From Bacillota bacterium (GTDB lineage: Bacteria; Bacillota; Ch66; Ch109): a DNA stretch of 64,000 bases. Below the pieces are notes generated by a model. It had not been told where the DNA came from. It did no database searches and worked only from the letters and a program-made list of their open reading frames with translations. Positions 62,820 through 64,000 of this stretch are shown piece after piece. The translations under genes were made by a program, and so were the position numbers. Positions within the stretch are counted from its first letter, which is position 1, and the number at the start of each line of letters is the position of its first letter. The DNA lies in contig JBMNLH010000001.1 of NCBI GenBank assembly GCA_050952625.1, positions 864,001 through 928,000 on the forward strand, in the 5' to 3' direction.

Positions 62820-64000
62820 ATGAGTGGTCTGACGCCAATGATGCGACAATATGAAGAAATAAAGCAACAAAACCCGGAGGCAATTCTCCTTTTTCGCTTA
62901 GGTGATTTCTACGAAATGTTTGGTCCGGATGCCGAGTTGGCGTCGCGCGAATTGGATCTGGTTTTGACCGGACGGGAAGCCGGGGCCGCCGGAAAAATAC
63001 CGATGTGTGGTTTTCCATATCATGCTGCAGATAACTACATAGGTCGTTTAATTGAAAAGGGTTTTCGGGTAGCCATCTGTGAACAGATGGAGGATCCCAA
63101 GACTGCCAAGGGTATAGTCAAGCGGGAAGTAGTGCGAACAATTACCCCGGGGACCATTTTAGATGGACAGGTTTTAACCGATAAAAAAAATAACTATTTG
63201 GTGGCCTTGGTTTTGACGGAAGCTTGTTTTGGCCTAGCCGTAGTCGATGCTTCCACTGGTGAATTTTTGGCAACCGAATTTCGTGGCAACCAGGCTAAAC
63301 AACAACTGCTAGATGAATTGGCCCGGCTTGAACCATCCGAAATTCTGGTAGCCACGAGGCTATGGGAGTCGGAATTGAAAGCCTTATTTATTAACCACCG
63401 ACCGGTAACTATCACCAAGTTTTCCTTTCTGAAAGACTTGAATGTAAAAGATGCCGAGCACCGATTGACGACTCACTTTAAGACGACTTCTTTAGCTGGT
63501 TTTGGTTGTGACGGAATGTCGGCTGGGATAATTGCCGCGGCTGGTCTGCTCCAGTTTCTTCAGGAAACTCAGAAGGCGGTCCCAAGCCATATTGAACGAA
63601 TCAAACCCTATTCGACTGAACAGTTTATGCTCTTGGATTTCTCGACGAGGCGTAATCTGGAACTAACCAGCAGCCTACACCATGGTCATCGTCAGAGTTC
63701 CTTATTAGGAGTATTAGACCAGACAGTGACCGCGATGGGTGGTAGATTGCTGCGCACTTGGCTGGATCAACCTGCATTAGATCTGCCGACGATTAACCAA
63801 AGATTAAACAGTGTTGAGTTTATGGTTAATAACTTTTTTTTAAGAACACGGCTAAAGGAATTATTAAAACAGGTATATGATTTAGAACGACTTCTCGGAA
63901 GAGTGGCTTACGGTACCGCTAACGCCCGGGATTTGGTTGCCCTGCGGACCTCCCTGGCAATAATTGGTCCCATCCGAGAGGTTTTAGTTGAGGCAGGGAT
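62820..64000 (+). CDS. mutS: DNA mismatch repair protein MutS (runs off the window end; absent from the ORF track)
   Basis: Manual translation MSGLTPMMRQYEEIKQQNPEAILLFRLGDFYEMF...PMCGFPYH...VAICEQ...TITPGT. Confidence 0.97.
   Translation, partial: MSGLTPMMRQYEEIKQQNPEAILLFRLGDFYEMFGPDAELASRELDLVLTGREAGAAGKIPMCGFPYHAADNYIGRLIEKGFRVAICEQMEDPKTAKGIVKREVVRTITPGTILDGQVLTDKKNNYLVALVLTEACFGLAVVDASTGEFLATEFRGNQAKQQLLDELARLEPSEILVATRLWESELKALFINHRPVTITKFSFLKDLNVKDAEHRLTTHFKTTSLAGFGCDGMSAGIIAAAGLLQFLQETQKAVPSHIERIKPYSTEQFMLLDFSTRRNLELTSSLHHGHRQSSLLGVLDQTVTAMGGRLLRTWLDQPALDLPTINQRLNSVEFMVNNFFLRTRLKELLKQVYDLERLLGRVAYGTANARDLVALRTSLAIIGPIREVLVEAG

Noticed and set aside
62818-63418. Short minus-strand ORFs
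   Set aside because: They are antisense to mutS, which the track omits only because it has no stop within the window.

Overview
Mostly core chromosome of a spore-forming clostridial Firmicute (Peptococcaceae-like by gene content; inference). Nearly all genes are on the + strand: polC (5'-truncated), rimP-nusA-ylxR-ylxQ-infB-rbfA-nrnA-truB-ribF, rpsO, pnp, the dapB-dpaA-[insert]-dpaB-asd-dapG-dapA-rnj-tepA-uppP-ftsK block, selU, rodZ-rimO-pgsA, a short FtsH-like protease, pncC-thpR-recA-rny-ymdB-spoVS, guaB and miaB, then pflB-pflA (minus strand) and mutS (3'-truncated). No CRISPR array, rRNA, tRNA or intact transposase was seen. Signals the ORF track misses or does not explain: (1) a hidden 67-aa DUF1858-like CxxU selenoprotein gene with in-frame TGA and a SECIS-like hairpin (52783-52986, minus); (2) a two-gene cassette splitting dpaA from dpaB, bracketed by a dispersed ~110-bp repeat and encoding an apparent degenerate FtsZ-fold protein without GTP-binding motifs; (3) four copies of that repeat; (4) four anti-Shine-Dalgarno arms placed in or just upstream of sporulation-type promoters; (5) several structured RNA candidates; (6) a probable AUU start for rny; (7) a PolC with no proofreading domain; (8) an internally deleted galT pseudogene. 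All assignments were made by eye, without database searches or folding software.
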